Assembly (NCBI RefSeq): GCF_028641065.1
Contig: NC_073411.1
Location: 13,950,001-14,014,000 of the forward strand
DNA length: 64,000 nucleotides
Origin: Leucoraja erinacea
Lineage: Eukaryota
Direction: 5' to 3'
Shown: positions 1 through 13,470 of the stretch, in pieces
Layout of the letters: each line of letters starts with the position of its first letter
How positions within the stretch are numbered: position 1 is the first letter of the stretch
The notes under the pieces: model-generated
Told to the model about the DNA's origin: nothing
What the model saw: the letters and a program-made list of their open reading frames with translations, nothing else
Database searches by the model: none
Program-made: the position numbers and the translations under genes

Positions 1-984
1 AAATTATCAACAATGCTCTTAATGGTGGGGCAAACTGGAGGGGCTGAGAGACTTGCTCCTACTTTTAATTCTTATTTACTCAAGTCAATTTTATATCAGC
101 ATTGGTGAGATTAACATGGCTTTAAAAATACATGCGGGCCCTTCTATTGTTTGGTTTCACACCAATGAAATTACATCAGGTACCACCCAGACGTCTGCAT
201 ATAATCGTGGTTGATATGCCCAGAAGAGTGGACCACCTTTCCGATGAGAGTTAACCAGAGGCTTAGTCAATCCTTTAAGAGTTCACATGGGAACGACAAT
301 ACCTCCGAGCATCCACACCAGTTTATATATCAATCTACATGTTTCCTCAGCACTGCATCAACACTGCTGCATTGTTCCCATACTGCAACAGTGATTTGAC
401 TTCAAATGTAGTGAAATTACTATGAAGCATTTTGGAAGCCAAGGCTGTTAAAGGTGCTTCTTTCTTCTTAAATGGAGTCACTGTGAGAAGTGAAAAGCTT
501 GCAAGCAATTGACAAGGAATTCAAGGCATTAGCAAATCTAGGTTTTACCATAATATCACCACCGTAACATTAAAATAAACAACATTTAATTGTGTTATTG
601 CTGGAGTCTTCAAGTAACTGCACAAAAACCCGTAGACCAAGGGTACAAAAGTCAAGATGAATTTTTTATCCATTATATGCAATTGATTAATATTGATTAT
701 AATCTTGGAAGTCTAAAATCACTGATACCAGTTCTATGAGGAATAAGTCATGTTAGCTTTTTAGTATAACACACTCCACGGTCTTTTCACTGTGCACAAT
801 ATCTACAAAAATAAGTCCTCTTCTTTCTCCCAACTCCTGCATTGCAACAGCAAGTGCGTGCAGCTTTTCCAACAAAATGGTTGGCATCAGCTCCAGCCAG
901 TGCTAATACAGTACGTTCACAGCTTACTGAAGTGGTGTGGCTTTTGGCAGAGAGAACTCAAGCACCCTCCGTTGCTTTCCTTCA

Positions 985-1049
985 CTAGACGCCAGCATTC
1001 CTCTCTGGGCTGTCTTCCTCGCTAGTTTGCGATTTACTTCTGCTAGTGC
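985..1049 (-). CDS. CNNM3: CNNM3 exon 8, coding part with stop
   Basis: Polypyrimidine tract then CAG|; CTSRSKSQTSEEDSPERNAGV*, resembling the CNNM3 C-terminus SPGRNPGV; phase matches exon 7. Confidence 0.88.
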
Positions 1050-1563
1050 CTGATGATGATATTGAAGAGGAAAAAAAGTGCATTAAAGTTAATTTTTGTT
1101 TTTGTCATCGGAGAGCCTTCAGGTGCACTACCAGGTTGAATGCCACACGTCTATGACTCAAAGCCAAAATGCATAAACTTGAGTAAAAGCAAGCAGAAGC
1201 CTCCATCATGTAGACCGCCCATCGAGAATGTCAACAACCATTCCATCTCTCCTATCTTGTTTTCACTTCCTGGTCTTCAGAATCAATCTGGCAATGGAAA
1301 CTGGTATACACCTTTGTGAAGAAAAAATAGAAGACAGCCATGGAAGCAGGTCAAAGAAATGAACTTTTGTGGTGGTTGATGTACTAGTCTACCATTGACT
1401 GTTCAAAGCTGCAGTAAAGGCATGATTACAAGATTACAAATTAAATGACAGGCTACAGTAATTCATTCAACAGGAAGATACTAACAATCTCTCAACTGAA
1501 GTAACAATAGTTTCCCAAAAGTATCTAACTCACCCAACTGCTCCATCTGATTCAACTCCCTTA

Positions 1564-1780
1564 AGAGCCTGTCCCACTTTCACAACCTAATTCATGATCT
1601 TTTTTACTCGTGGACATTTCTCGTCAGGCTAGAAAAACGCCCCAACCTACTTAATGCCACGAGTACCTACGACTAGCATCACGACCTACCTACGACCTCG
1701 TGACGACCATGCTGCGAGTATGAGTCAAGGGCAAACTCGGCAGAGGTCAGGAATTAGGTTGTGAAAGTGGGACAGGCCCT
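1564..1780. mobile_element. PIF/Harbinger-type MITE in CNNM3 intron 7
   Basis: 30-bp TIRs (AGAGCCTGTCCCACTTTCACAACCTAATTC / GAATTAGGTTGTGAAAGTGGGACAGGCCCT, one mismatch) flanked by TTA on both sides. Confidence 0.8.
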
Positions 1781-1967
1781 TTAGAAGTTTGAGGAGATTT
1801 AGCACGTTGCCGAATACTCTATTGAACTTCAAGTGTACAGTGGAGAACATACTAACTGGGTTGCATCAGAGCCTGGTTCACAAATTAAATCACTAACTGC
1901 AATTGCAAATATCATCACTAACTGCAGCAATCCATTGACAAAACTTGTGCATAAACAATGAACTCAC

Positions 1968-2103
1968 ATGTGGAAGAATTTTGCTTATTAAGCAACTTTG
2001 CCTGGCTAGTGGGCATCACCTTCAGTTCAAAGTTCTCCGGTGAAGGTGAAGAGTTCTGTATTTTTGACGCCATAAGTGCATTTAAATATTGCAATCGGGT
2101 AAC
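1968..2103 (-). CDS. CNNM3: CNNM3 exon 7
   Basis: VTRLQYLNALMASKIQNSSPSPENFELKVMPTSQAKLLNKQNSST; ccatAG| and T|GTGAGT; 136 nt. Confidence 0.93.
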
Positions 2104-2356
2104 CTATGGAAGAAGTAGACACAATGAATGTGAGGCAGAAACAGCTGCGACTGCCCTTTCAACAGCAGTATACAACAAGTGGCACAAGCTGGTATATCAG
2201 TAAGGCACAATAGATGGTGAGTGGCCTTCAGGGCATCACAACCACCATCCACCCCATGGCCCGATGACATCTACCACTACAACAGCACTAAATTCCCTTG
2301 GCATACTGCTGTAAATAAATAAAATTGCCACCATTTCCACATCATTCAAGTGGCGT

Positions 2357-2628
2357 AGTTTAGTTTAGAGATTTAGCACGGAAACAGGCCCTTCGGCCCA
2401 ATCGGATCCGTGCTGAATAGCGATCCCCGCATATTTACACTTTCCTACACACACTAGGGACAATTTTTACATTTACCAAGCCAATTTACCTACATACCTG
2501 TATGTCTTTGGAGTGTGGAAGGAAACCGAAGATCGTGGAAACTCCGTACAGACAGCACCCGTAGTTGGGATCGAACCCAAGTCTCTGGTGCTGCAAGTGC
2601 TGTAAGGCAGAAACTCTACCGCTGCGCC
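2357..2628 (-). mobile_element. tRNA-derived V-SINE (HE1-like)
   Basis: Same family; other copies at about 18646-18935(-), 24630-24890(+), 25287-25555(+), 32229-32435(-), 38290-38570(+), 38800-39097(-), 43375-43655(+), 62400-62720(-). Confidence 0.75.
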
Positions 2629-3799
2629 AGTCTTCCTTCAGATGGGAGATTCAAGGTTGTGCTGAATTTATCTTATTCTCTCCCCATTCAACATGCAGGA
2701 ACTTGCAGTAACAGAGGCCAGGTACACAACATTGGTTTATTATGCTACTCTCAATCCAGTAGTCAACCGTACGCCCTCATCTATCTTCCAAATGAGGCCA
2801 GTCAAAGACCAGAGGTTGCACCCAGAACCTTCCTGATCCACTGGGAAAATTTCTGGACATTTCCTCGACATAAACCAGTGAGCGAGAGACACTCTAATAT
2901 TAAGAGAAATAAAAGGGACTGACTTATTTCACTGCATTCTTATTTCCAGGACATGTGTGCTTTATAGATAATAACTACAAAAGTTTATTATTGTAGTGTA
3001 TATCAAGATACTGTGAAAAGCTATGTTTTGCTAGCCATCCAGGCAGCTCATACCTTACAAGTACAACAGGTAAGGCAAAAGATAGATTCTTTATGAAAGA
3101 GAGGAGAGTGGGGATATAGTGTTACAACAACAATGAAAGTGTAGGTATAGAGAGCAGGGGCCATAACGAGGTAAATTGGAATATCATTAATTCAGCCTTA
3201 GATTGGTTTTATTTTCAAATCTTATCACTGATTTAAGCATGAATGTAGGCAACTAATTTACATGCCGCAAGATGCCGTAAACAGAAATACGATGTTACTG
3301 GACAATACATTGATGTTAGTTTAGTTTTTAGTCTTAGCCCAGAACACTGAAACATCCATTGCACTCCAAGGTAGTAATGTGAGGATTTTTACATGCATTT
3401 TAAAGGGTAACACCTCAATCGGGCAGCAATACACAACACTCATATCTCTAGAACATGACTCGGATCCACACCAACTCAGAAGGCAAGTCTTCACGCCAGG
3501 TCGCAGAGGGGAATTGTCAGAGCTGTAATGCATGATCATTTTAAACCTATCTTCACAAATAGTGTAATGAAGTTCACTTCACCTCTCCTCTATCCCTCAG
3601 TCTTATCAAATATGCAAGAGCAACAAACATTGCTGGAATTGCATAACCAATGGGAAAGTATATGAAGGCGAATAATAAAAAAATTCCACTTGAAAATCCA
3701 GCTACATTTTACCTTTCAGGAAATGGCCAGCGCCATTATACGATTCTGACACGTTTGTTGTTTGAACTGTTCTCCGTTTTATCCTTACTACAATCTTAC

Positions 3800-3945
3800 C
3801 TTTAGAACCTGTAGGTCATTAAGTGCTCTTACAGTGTAGTCAGGGCAGTACAGTGATAGGCTTGCATTCTCTCCACTTTCCAACAGGTCTCTGGAGAAAG
3901 GGTCTCGTTGACTCCACTTATTGCTAGTGGCTGGTGATTGGTGAA
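3800..3945 (-). CDS. CNNM3: CNNM3 exon 6
   Basis: VHQSPATSNKWSQRDPFSRDLLESGENASLSLYCPDYTVRALNDLQVLK; ttcttcatatAG| and AAG|GTAAGA; 146 nt. Confidence 0.93.
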
Positions 3946-4559
3946 CTATATGAAGAAAATTAGAGCTAAATGACTAAAGTGGTACTAATTGCACAGCGCA
4001 TATATAATTTTTTTTAAAGTACAGCCTCAATTAACCACTTAAAATGTTGCCTCATTAACAACCCTTAAATTATGTGCATCGCTTCCACAACCAAAGATAG
4101 CCCTGCCCGCACTGTACTTCATGCCAGCACTGGTCAGGCGGCAGTGCTTTCTCTTACACTTGAAGGACACTGCGTTGAAGTGCACCATTGGGGCATTCTG
4201 GACCGGTAAATTAAGTCGACCAGGGGAACGTGTCACACAGTTAGTCCAATGATGGCATTTTCTCGTTTTGCAAATGAATGTTAAGATGTCATGCAATTTG
4301 AAGAGCAAAGCCCAATTATAATTTGACATAAAGTGCTGGAGTAACTCAGCGGGGGTCTGACAGCATCTGTGGAGAACTTGAATTAGGTGACGGTTCAGGT
4401 CAGGACCCATCTTCAATCAGGCTGAAGAACGATCCCGACCCGAAACGTCACCTAATCCACGTTCTCCAGAGATACTGCCTGACCCGCTGAGTTACTCCAG
4501 CAGTTTGTATCCTTTTGTGTATACCAGCATGGCAGTTCCTTGTTTCCACAATTATAATA

Positions 4560-4872
4560 TAGAAAACATAGAAACATAGAAAATAGGTGCAGGATAGGCC
4601 ATTCAGCCCTTCGAGCCTGCACCGCCATTCAATATGATCATGACTGATCATCCAACTCAGTATCCTGTACCTGCCTTCTCTCCATACCCCCTGATCCCTT
4701 CAGCCACAAGGGCCACATCCAAATCCCTCTTAAATATAGCCAATTAACTGGCCTCAACTACCTTCTGTGGCAGAGAATTCCAGAGATTCACCAGTCTCTA
4801 TGTGAAAAATGTTTTCCCCATCTCGGTCCTAAAAGATTTCCCCCTTATCCTTAAACTGTGACGCCTTGTTCT
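4560..4872 (-). mobile_element. CR1/HER1-like LINE 3' end
   Basis: (ATAGAAAC)n tail plus conserved 3' end; near-identical to copies at 14461, 15183, 25558 and 39811. Confidence 0.8.
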
Positions 4873-5531
4873 GGAGAATGTCTCTAAACACACAGGAGCA
4901 CATGATGATTCACATCACTGGACATGCCCATCATTCTATTCCCCTACAGTGGGCATTCAAATATTCATAGGGCAGAGTACCCCCCCCCCCCCCCCCCCCC
5001 CCCCCCAGTCCTATCATACATTCACAAAATCTCCTTGCTTCAGGTCTAACCATCTATTACACGTCTGGTCTTGCTAACATCAGAATGATGTTGAATCTTC
5101 GTTAATTTAGCATCACTGAAGAATTTCAAGCTTCCGCCTTATCTGCTACCATAAAATTATTTCAAAAAGGAAGCTTTGCTTGATCAAACTAGAATTGATT
5201 TCTACACGCTTGGTTTCAGAACATACTGCAAGAGTGTGAAATTCCATTTCTAATACCAGTCTAAGTGAAATGAGGTTTGTCATCAAAGCCACATACCATT
5301 GTAGCCTATACCCTTTCGGTACTGAACCACAGAATTTTTACAGAAAGATTTTAAAATCACAACAACTTCTAACAACCCATCCCCTTCCCTCTGAAAAATA
5401 ACTTTGTAGGATACCCAAAGCAGAGCGTGTCAGTAAAATGGAAGCATAAGGCACTCCCGCTAACTAACCACTCATTGAGATTCCTCTCTAACATATTACC
5501 AGTTATTTGAACATTGATACCCCCCACCTTA

Positions 5532-5729
<198 letters not shown>

Positions 5730-6986
5730 CTAGTTTAGGGTGAATGGGCCGCATTTGAATGACAACAAACGTACAAAACCCATGGACAAAAATTAAAATC
5801 AAATTACGTAGATTTACCACCGCAAAATTAATGCTGCACTGAAGTCTGTCTGGATTTTAGTACTCAGATATGCAAAGCGATATAGACCGTGGGGAAAGGT
5901 GACAACCACATGCATTGTGCACGTTTCCCCACAAGCTGCCACCAACAGGAATATCACAGCTCACGATCATAAGCCCCAAGAGCAACAGAACAATGGCCAC
6001 TGGAATGCCAAACATCTCTCGTCCCTCGAGTTCCATTTAAAATTTTTATTTCAGAAGCATAACACAAACTATTATATGGATGTTCTTCCTTGTATTCTCA
6101 AGCACACCTGTTGCTGTAACAGCAGCCTTTCATATCTCATTTACATCCTCGGCTTTAACGTGCAAGTTTGATGCTTCTTCCTTCTATCCATATATCTGAA
6201 TAAATGTATTTTAAAGTCCAATTGTATCCACTTCATCAGCTCCCTCTGGCAGCTAATTCCAAATACAAACAACCTCAGTGACAAAGTTACAGCCAGAGAT
6301 CCCTCAAACTTTCTTCCCTATCACCTTAAGCATATGCTCTTTGGTTTTAGAATACTCTCCCCTAGAAAAAGACTGATAATTCACTTTATCCGTGCCCCTC
6401 GTGATCTTCTGCACCTCATTACGATTGTCCTCAGACGTCTACGCTCCAAAGAAGAATCACAGTCTATCCAATCTCTCCCTATAAACACAACCCCGACATC
6501 CTGATAAATCTCTGCTGCATCCTTTCCAACTTAATTACATCTTTTCTATAGCTGGATGACCAGAACTGCACAGATTATTCCAAGTATGATCGTAGCAATA
6601 ACTTGCACAACTTGATCATGTGCTAACTTTTGCTAACTCTCAATCGCCTTCTCAATAAAAGCAAGTGTGCCAAACACCCTTCTCACCATTTTGAGATGCA
6701 TGCACCTGTACTCCCAGATCTTTGTTCCACCACATTCTACCTGCCCTGGAGAGTGTGACATATCAAAATACAACACTTTACAGTTAAAGTTTTAAAAGTT
6801 TAAAGTTAACTTTAAAATTAAATTCCATTTGCCATTCCTTGGCCCATCTACCCAACTTATCCAGATATACTTGAAACCCTAGAAAGGTATTTGTGAAGGA
6901 CTCAGATCAGGGTTATCCAAGTGCAAGCAATTTGGTATGTATGTTAATTCTTTGCTTTATCTTCAAGAGCAGAGAGCAGGAATTCA

Positions 6987-7181
<195 letters not shown>

Positions 7182-8933
7182 TCATTATAGCGGCGATTTC
7201 CAGCTTTATTTGCAATGTTCTAATTAGTGTCACAATTTGAAGTGTCTAATAAATTAATACACCCAGCACCAGGGATTCTTGAAAAGGGAGATTATTTTCT
7301 GATTTTAATCACACACAGACAACAAACTTTGGAATATTTCTGACTAAGAGTTGAGTTTGTGGCATCAAATAGCTGTCGGTTCAGATTTTTTATATCATCC
7401 CAGACAATGTGGCTGTCCATTGACCATTATGAACTGGGCCAAAGTAGGTAAAGGTAGTTATGCTATGTGGCATGTATTCCTATGAAACACATAGCAGATC
7501 ACATTATAAATAGGGAATGTTTCAATGGCAAAAAGAGGGTTAGGGAGCTGGTGTTTGGACTCTCAATAAAGTTGCATTTCCCCCCTCCCAAAATTTTCAA
7601 AAACACAAATCTACAAGCAAAAACCACTAAAAGCTGCATGTTACATTATTTACTAGAGCATCATGCACAAGCAACAAGGGAATGGTGGCTTGTTCATTTC
7701 TACGGCCCCTGTGGTGAAACTAGCAGTTGCGTTCTTAAAGACAACAGCTTTTGATTAATGCAAAGATACATGGAAACAGTTTATTTCACCCCCAAGAGCC
7801 TTTAAAAAAAAAAACCCAAGACAGCTTTGATTCTGCTTGTCAAATTCCACTTTTAAGTGGTTCTTATTCCCGATTGAAGTTGTGTTATAAAGAATTTGTC
7901 CCACATAGTGACAATAGACCCCCCCCCCCCCCCCCCCCCCGACCAGTCATAAATTGCATTATATCCAATTATTGTGATGGAAACACAGGTTATAACAGGA
8001 CTGACTGCACATTTATTTCTTAAGTTCACTTATACCAGGTCTTCTAGTAGTAGTGAAATCCGATAAACCTTTTAATGCAGTGCAGTTCCTTGCAAAATGT
8101 TTAATTTATCCCCTCTGGCAGCTCCCGCCGTCGATCCTGTCCTCACTGGTAACTCCCTCCCAGTTTATTGTTCTCTGTTCAAACAGCCCAAATTTTGCCA
8201 GTTCTTGCATCGGAAATATTGCTGGGCTCCTCTCAGTGTTAAATCCACAGCTCAAGTCAGGTATTCATTTAGAGGCTGCCCAACCAATACAAGCCAAACA
8301 GGATCCAACAATATCTTGGGATCAGGTTTACCTGCCAAGTTCAGGTTCAGTTCAGGGCAGGATGATTTGCTCAACACTGCACGTGTTCCTCTGTTCTGGT
8401 CAATATTTGGTATTTCATCCAACAGATAAACAGCCTATTTAAAATTGCTACATTTATGGCAACAATCACGGGTGGCACGAAAAATACTGCAAGTACTCAG
8501 ATTGTGGTCAGGTCTGGAGTACTGAAGTGCTGGAGTAACTCATTGGGTCAGGCAGCATATCAGCAGGACATGTAATAGGCAACATTTCACGTCAGGGCCC
8601 CTTTTCAGACATCACATCCATGTTCTCTAGAGATGCTGCCGGACTTGTTAAGTTACTCCTGCACTATGCGCTTTACTCAACATTTCAGCATCTGCATTTT
8701 CTTGTATCTCCCTCTTAATATTACACATGGGCAGACCTGTTGCCCTTGCAATAATACTATACTTTTCTCTAAACCAGATCAAAAGCATTGCCATCTGAGA
8801 GCTTTCTTGCCCCTTGGTGCCGACTCTTCTCCCTTGAACAATTAGTTTTGCAATAAATCCTGTATATTATTGTTTCATTTTTGGAAGCCAGAGAGAAACT
8901 CTCGAGCTCTAAGAGAGGTAACTGCCTCCCTAC

Positions 8934-9086
8934 CTCTGGATAAGAAGCGCTGAGTTGCTAATAAAAGCTGAGGTGAAATCTTGACCTTTAGGTCGATATC
9001 AGGCACCTTAAAAAAAGAAAAGTCTTCTTTCTTGCGCTCAATAGGAAAGCTGACAGTAGGAGGTTTTTTTTTCACTTTGAGGTCTG
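8934..9086 (-). CDS. CNNM3: CNNM3 exon 3
   Basis: ADLKVKKKPPTVSFPIERKKEDFSFFKVPDIDLKVKISPQLLLATQRFLSR; ccttccgCAG|CAG acceptor, G|GTAGGG donor; 153 nt. Confidence 0.92.
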
Positions 9087-9986
9087 CTGCGGAAGGAAAA
9101 AAAATCCAATTACGATTGTCTCAAGGCCTCGCACTCAAACTTGTACCAGATCTGTACAAGCATCAGACATCATTCATTCTTATGCAAAGACAGCAAGCTG
9201 GTCTTCCACGTTATAGCAAAAGCAACAGGAACAATAGCCAAGGCTGATTACCTTCCCCCTAAGGGCAGAGGCCAGTTGGAGCAGGACCTTTGCACCATCA
9301 CAGAATGAAAAGTCAAATGACTCAGATTGTCCTGGGATAATGTACATAATGTGGCTTTCACCCTTCGTGCCACAAGGGCTCATCAATATTTAATTTGAAC
9401 AGAATGCCATGGGCATAGGAAATGCAAAAGAACATCTTTCCCCCAAGAGAAATATAAAGCTCTCAGAAGTAGCAGTTAAATTGAGGTTTAAATGTTGTTT
9501 GGGCAGGTGTGGAGAAAATGTGTTCTCATACAGACAAGAGCGCAAGGGCCAAAAATATTAAATAGTCGCTAGTAAATCAAAAAGGGATTAAAGAACTCAG
9601 AGGATCATTATAAACTGGAATTCCCACCACAAAGGAGTAACTGTGACAGAGCATGAATGCAATTAATAGCAATGTATTGACAGTCTTAAGTAATTTGGGA
9701 TAGGGCAAGTTGTGTCGAAGGTTGTTTCCATGCTATGTATGACACAATGACTAAGGTTACTTACGGCATAAGTAGCAGCAGAGATCCTTTAGGCCAAATC
9801 ACTAGTTTATGTAATAAAGACATAATTGCGACATACATTTAGGTCAGACATCTTGGAAAAAATCAAGAGTAAATGTTTCAGTCCCAAGACCCTATGATCT
9901 GAAACATTAGCTCTCTTCTCTTTCCTTGCATACTGTCTGACCTGCTGAGTGTTTCCAGCACTTTCAATTTTTATTTCACAGTTCTA

Positions 9987-10232
<246 letters not shown>

Positions 10233-11978
10233 TCAGAACACAAAATATGGATGGAAAACTGTTATAAAACACTGCAAAAAGTAAAACTAAACATGGTTAA
10301 AGTGTTGAGCTGGGGTCAACACTGAGAAAATCTTAACTTTCTCTATTTCCCTCATGATATTTTATTAAAACTATTCAATATTTAGAACTTGGCCATACAT
10401 TCTGATCTTGTGAATTTTGTGTATATATAAATCAAATGGAAGCATAATGCTCACTTAAGTTATGAATCAGATACACATTTTTTCAGCTTCTTCAATATTT
10501 TATCTTTTAATTCAAAACTGCTTTGTAGAAATCATCGAATAATGAGGCACTTTGGTCCCTTAAACTTGCATCAGTTCTTTGATACAATCCTATTCATTCA
10601 AAACGTTATTCCCTTTATCATGTATCTGTACACTGTGAATGGCTCTATTGTATTTTCTTTCCGCTGACTGGTTAGCACACAACAAAAGCTTTTCACCATA
10701 CCTCGGTACATGTGACAATAAACTAAACCCTACTCTTTCACTACATCATTATGATTAAATCAAAAGCATTTGTCCGGTTCTCTTGAACAGAATTAGGTTA
10801 TACTGATTGCCAGATCACCCTTTACAATCTCTCCTTGGTGTTATTGTTAATTAGTTATTGAAGAGGCATCAAATCTCAGCCTTTTTTTACGACCATTATG
10901 ACCATCGTTTTATTTACATTGGGCCATAAAAAGTTTGCTCTGAGGAGTACAACCTCAGCTTTTTTCGCCTTTAGTTTATTTCACTTAATGCTGGCATAAT
11001 TCTGGTAAACAGCCTGTGTGTTATGCCAAGATCCTGCATTAGTTATGCAAGACAAAGTTCCAATTGAGGACAAACTAATGATTTATCTCAAACCAACGAT
11101 AAACTCCACAGATGCGTTTAAATCCAGAAGAGTTTTCAACAAAGCATTCAGCACCAACACTCAGTACCCATAGGTTCTCCTACCAACCCTGCCACAATTT
11201 TCTAACTTTACTGAAATGCTTAGTCCTCCGGATCCTGTTTCATTTCTTCACTGGTATTGATAGGATATTTAAATTTTTTATTGGTCTCAGGCAGGAAAGG
11301 GTGCTTAATTCTCAAGTGGAATTCATCACATGGTGTTGGAAGCAATTATTAAAAGATTTGAAGCAAACTCATTGCCTACCGTGTTGGAGAGCTGGCCAAT
11401 CTATGAAGAATTAATGATACACGATTAAAAAAAAATAAAGACATGCTGTGAATGCTTAATAAAGTAGCTTCTTAAACTGGTAATCCTACAAAGGAACAGA
11501 CCACAATTAATCCCCTGATCATTGTGATATTGAGCAAGAATGACCCGGACCTTTAGAAAGGGGAAGTCATAGCAACTCCTTACTTCTGGCAGAAATGCTC
11601 GATAATAATCAAAGAAGCGACATTTAGATACCAACATTTTAGAACCACCCCTCTTATTCAAACATAATTTACATTGCCCATGAGGAGTGAATTTACTACA
11701 ATGAGGACCTTACACAAACACAAGCTTCTGATACTGAACAGAATGAAGTATCTGGATGACCTTGAAACTATTTTTTGATACTTAATAAATTGTTGACTAC
11801 GTATTGACATTGACTTTTCATAATAAACCAGGACATTGCAATTCATGTTAGTGCAGGAAACTCATTCTCACAATCACGATAATACTTTATTAGCCAAGTA
11901 TGTTTCGCAACATACGAGAAATTTCATTTGCCAAGTCAGCAGAAGAATTTGTCCCTGCTATCGCAAACGCATATTCAC

Positions 11979-13284
11979 CTTTCTTAAACTCTTCCAGGAC
12001 AGCATCCAACTTGGTGTCATTAAACACAAAATGCAACGGGTGGTTGTAGAACTTGGTGATAGTATTCAAAGGTGTGCAGTCTTCAGGGTCCACCATTGCC
12101 AGATCCTTCACATAGACTATGTCTACAATGTTGGACTTCTCGTCTTCATACACTGGGATTCGGGTGTGGCCACACTGCATGATTTCAGACATGGTATTGA
12201 AATCTAGCACAGCTCCTGCGCTAAGCATGAAACAATCGTTCAGGTTGGTCATAATGTCCTCCACCACTTTAGTCCTCAGTGCCCCTCTACTGAACTCTTC
12301 CTTAACAAATTCCCTGTACGGGTCACTAGACCTCAGCATATCCAGGATTTTTTCTCGGATGTAGCAGGTGCTGATATCCTGGCGCAAGGCTAAATCGAGT
12401 ACCAGGGCCACCGGCAAGGAAACGGGGAAGGTGATGATTATGAAAAGGCAAGTCAGCCAGGAAGTCCTGGAGGCAATGGCGAAACCATATCGCGAGCAGA
12501 TGGTATAGGGAAGGATCTCACAAATCAGAAACATTAGAGCTGCACAGACAAATATAGCAGGCAGGATGGCATCAAATGCCAGGTAGAATAAGACACCCAG
12601 GGCTGAGTTCGCCAAGACGCTGCCCAGTACCAGGGAGGAGAGAACCAAATTGCCCCTTTTCCTGATGGGCTCCAGGGACTTTGCACTTTTCTTCTCCCTC
12701 TCAGAGCCACAATGGCGGATGATGTGCAACTCCAGAGGGTCCAACCACAGGACACTGAGGTGGAGCAGGTTAAACAGGGCCGAGGACAAGAGCAGGACGG
12801 CCAGCAGCAGGATCTGGCCCCACACGGCCAGAATACTGGCGGCGGCGGGCTGGGGCTGGGGCTGGATGTCCAGCTGGGTCTTCCAGTCCCCCAGCGATGA
12901 CCACAGCCCCCCGTTGCCTAGGGCGCACAGGTAATACAAGCCGGCGGCACCGGCCTCGACCCTCACCAGCACCGAGCTGTTCGGCTGCTGCTTCTCCGCC
13001 ACCAGCCGCAGCCACCCGCTCTCCAGGCTGTGGTTGTCGCAGCTCGGGTCGCGGCTGAAGCCCAGCCAAGGCCACACGGCCCGCTCCAGCTCCGGGCCGA
13101 AGACCCTCAGGTCGAAGCTGGCCCTGGGACTCGCTTTAATCACCCCGCCGTCCATGTAGACGTGGCCGGCGCCGCTCTCCAGCCTGGCCCCGCGGCGGAC
13201 CTGGGCCCCCCGTGAGGCCGCCTGCCCGAGCTCCAGGCCGCACAGGGCGCACAGCACCCACAAGCACCGCGCTCCCGGCGCCAT
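11979..13284 (-). CDS. CNNM3: CNNM3 exon 1 (signal peptide, extracellular domain, DUF21/CNNM TM domain, CBS1 and start of CBS2)
   Basis: [13 protein letters not shown]...GHTRIPVYE...[14 protein letters not shown]; AAGATGGCG start context; ends AAAG|GTGAAT phase 1. GHTRIP and the short TM-CBS linker are CNNM3-like. Confidence 0.93.
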
Positions 13285-13470
13285 CTTCTAGCACCCCCCC
13301 CCCCCCCCGTCACGTGACGCGGGCCAACACCACCAAACCTGCTGGTCCTCCTCACCCCGCCCCTGCCGCATGATTGACATGACATCCACCCAATGGGAAC
13401 CAAGCACGCCCAATCACGCCGAGGGGGCGGGAGCTAGACACGAGCAAGTGCGGTTGAGAGCTCGCGGCAA
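13285..13470 (-). promoter_or_regulatory. CNNM3 CpG-island promoter / 5'UTR
   Basis: CpG-rich; palindromic CGTCACGTGACG (13308-13319), GC box near 13355, CCAAT boxes near 13390 and 13410, YY1-like AAGATGGCG over the ATG. Confidence 0.7.

Noticed and set aside
4980-5006. Long poly-C tracts (also near 7919, 41150, 47434, 58742)
   Set aside because: Simple homopolymers of uncertain assembled length; no supportable function
8053-8442. Two overlapping plus-strand ORFs in CNNM3 intron 3
   Set aside because: Non-ATG starts, no homology recognised, no splice context
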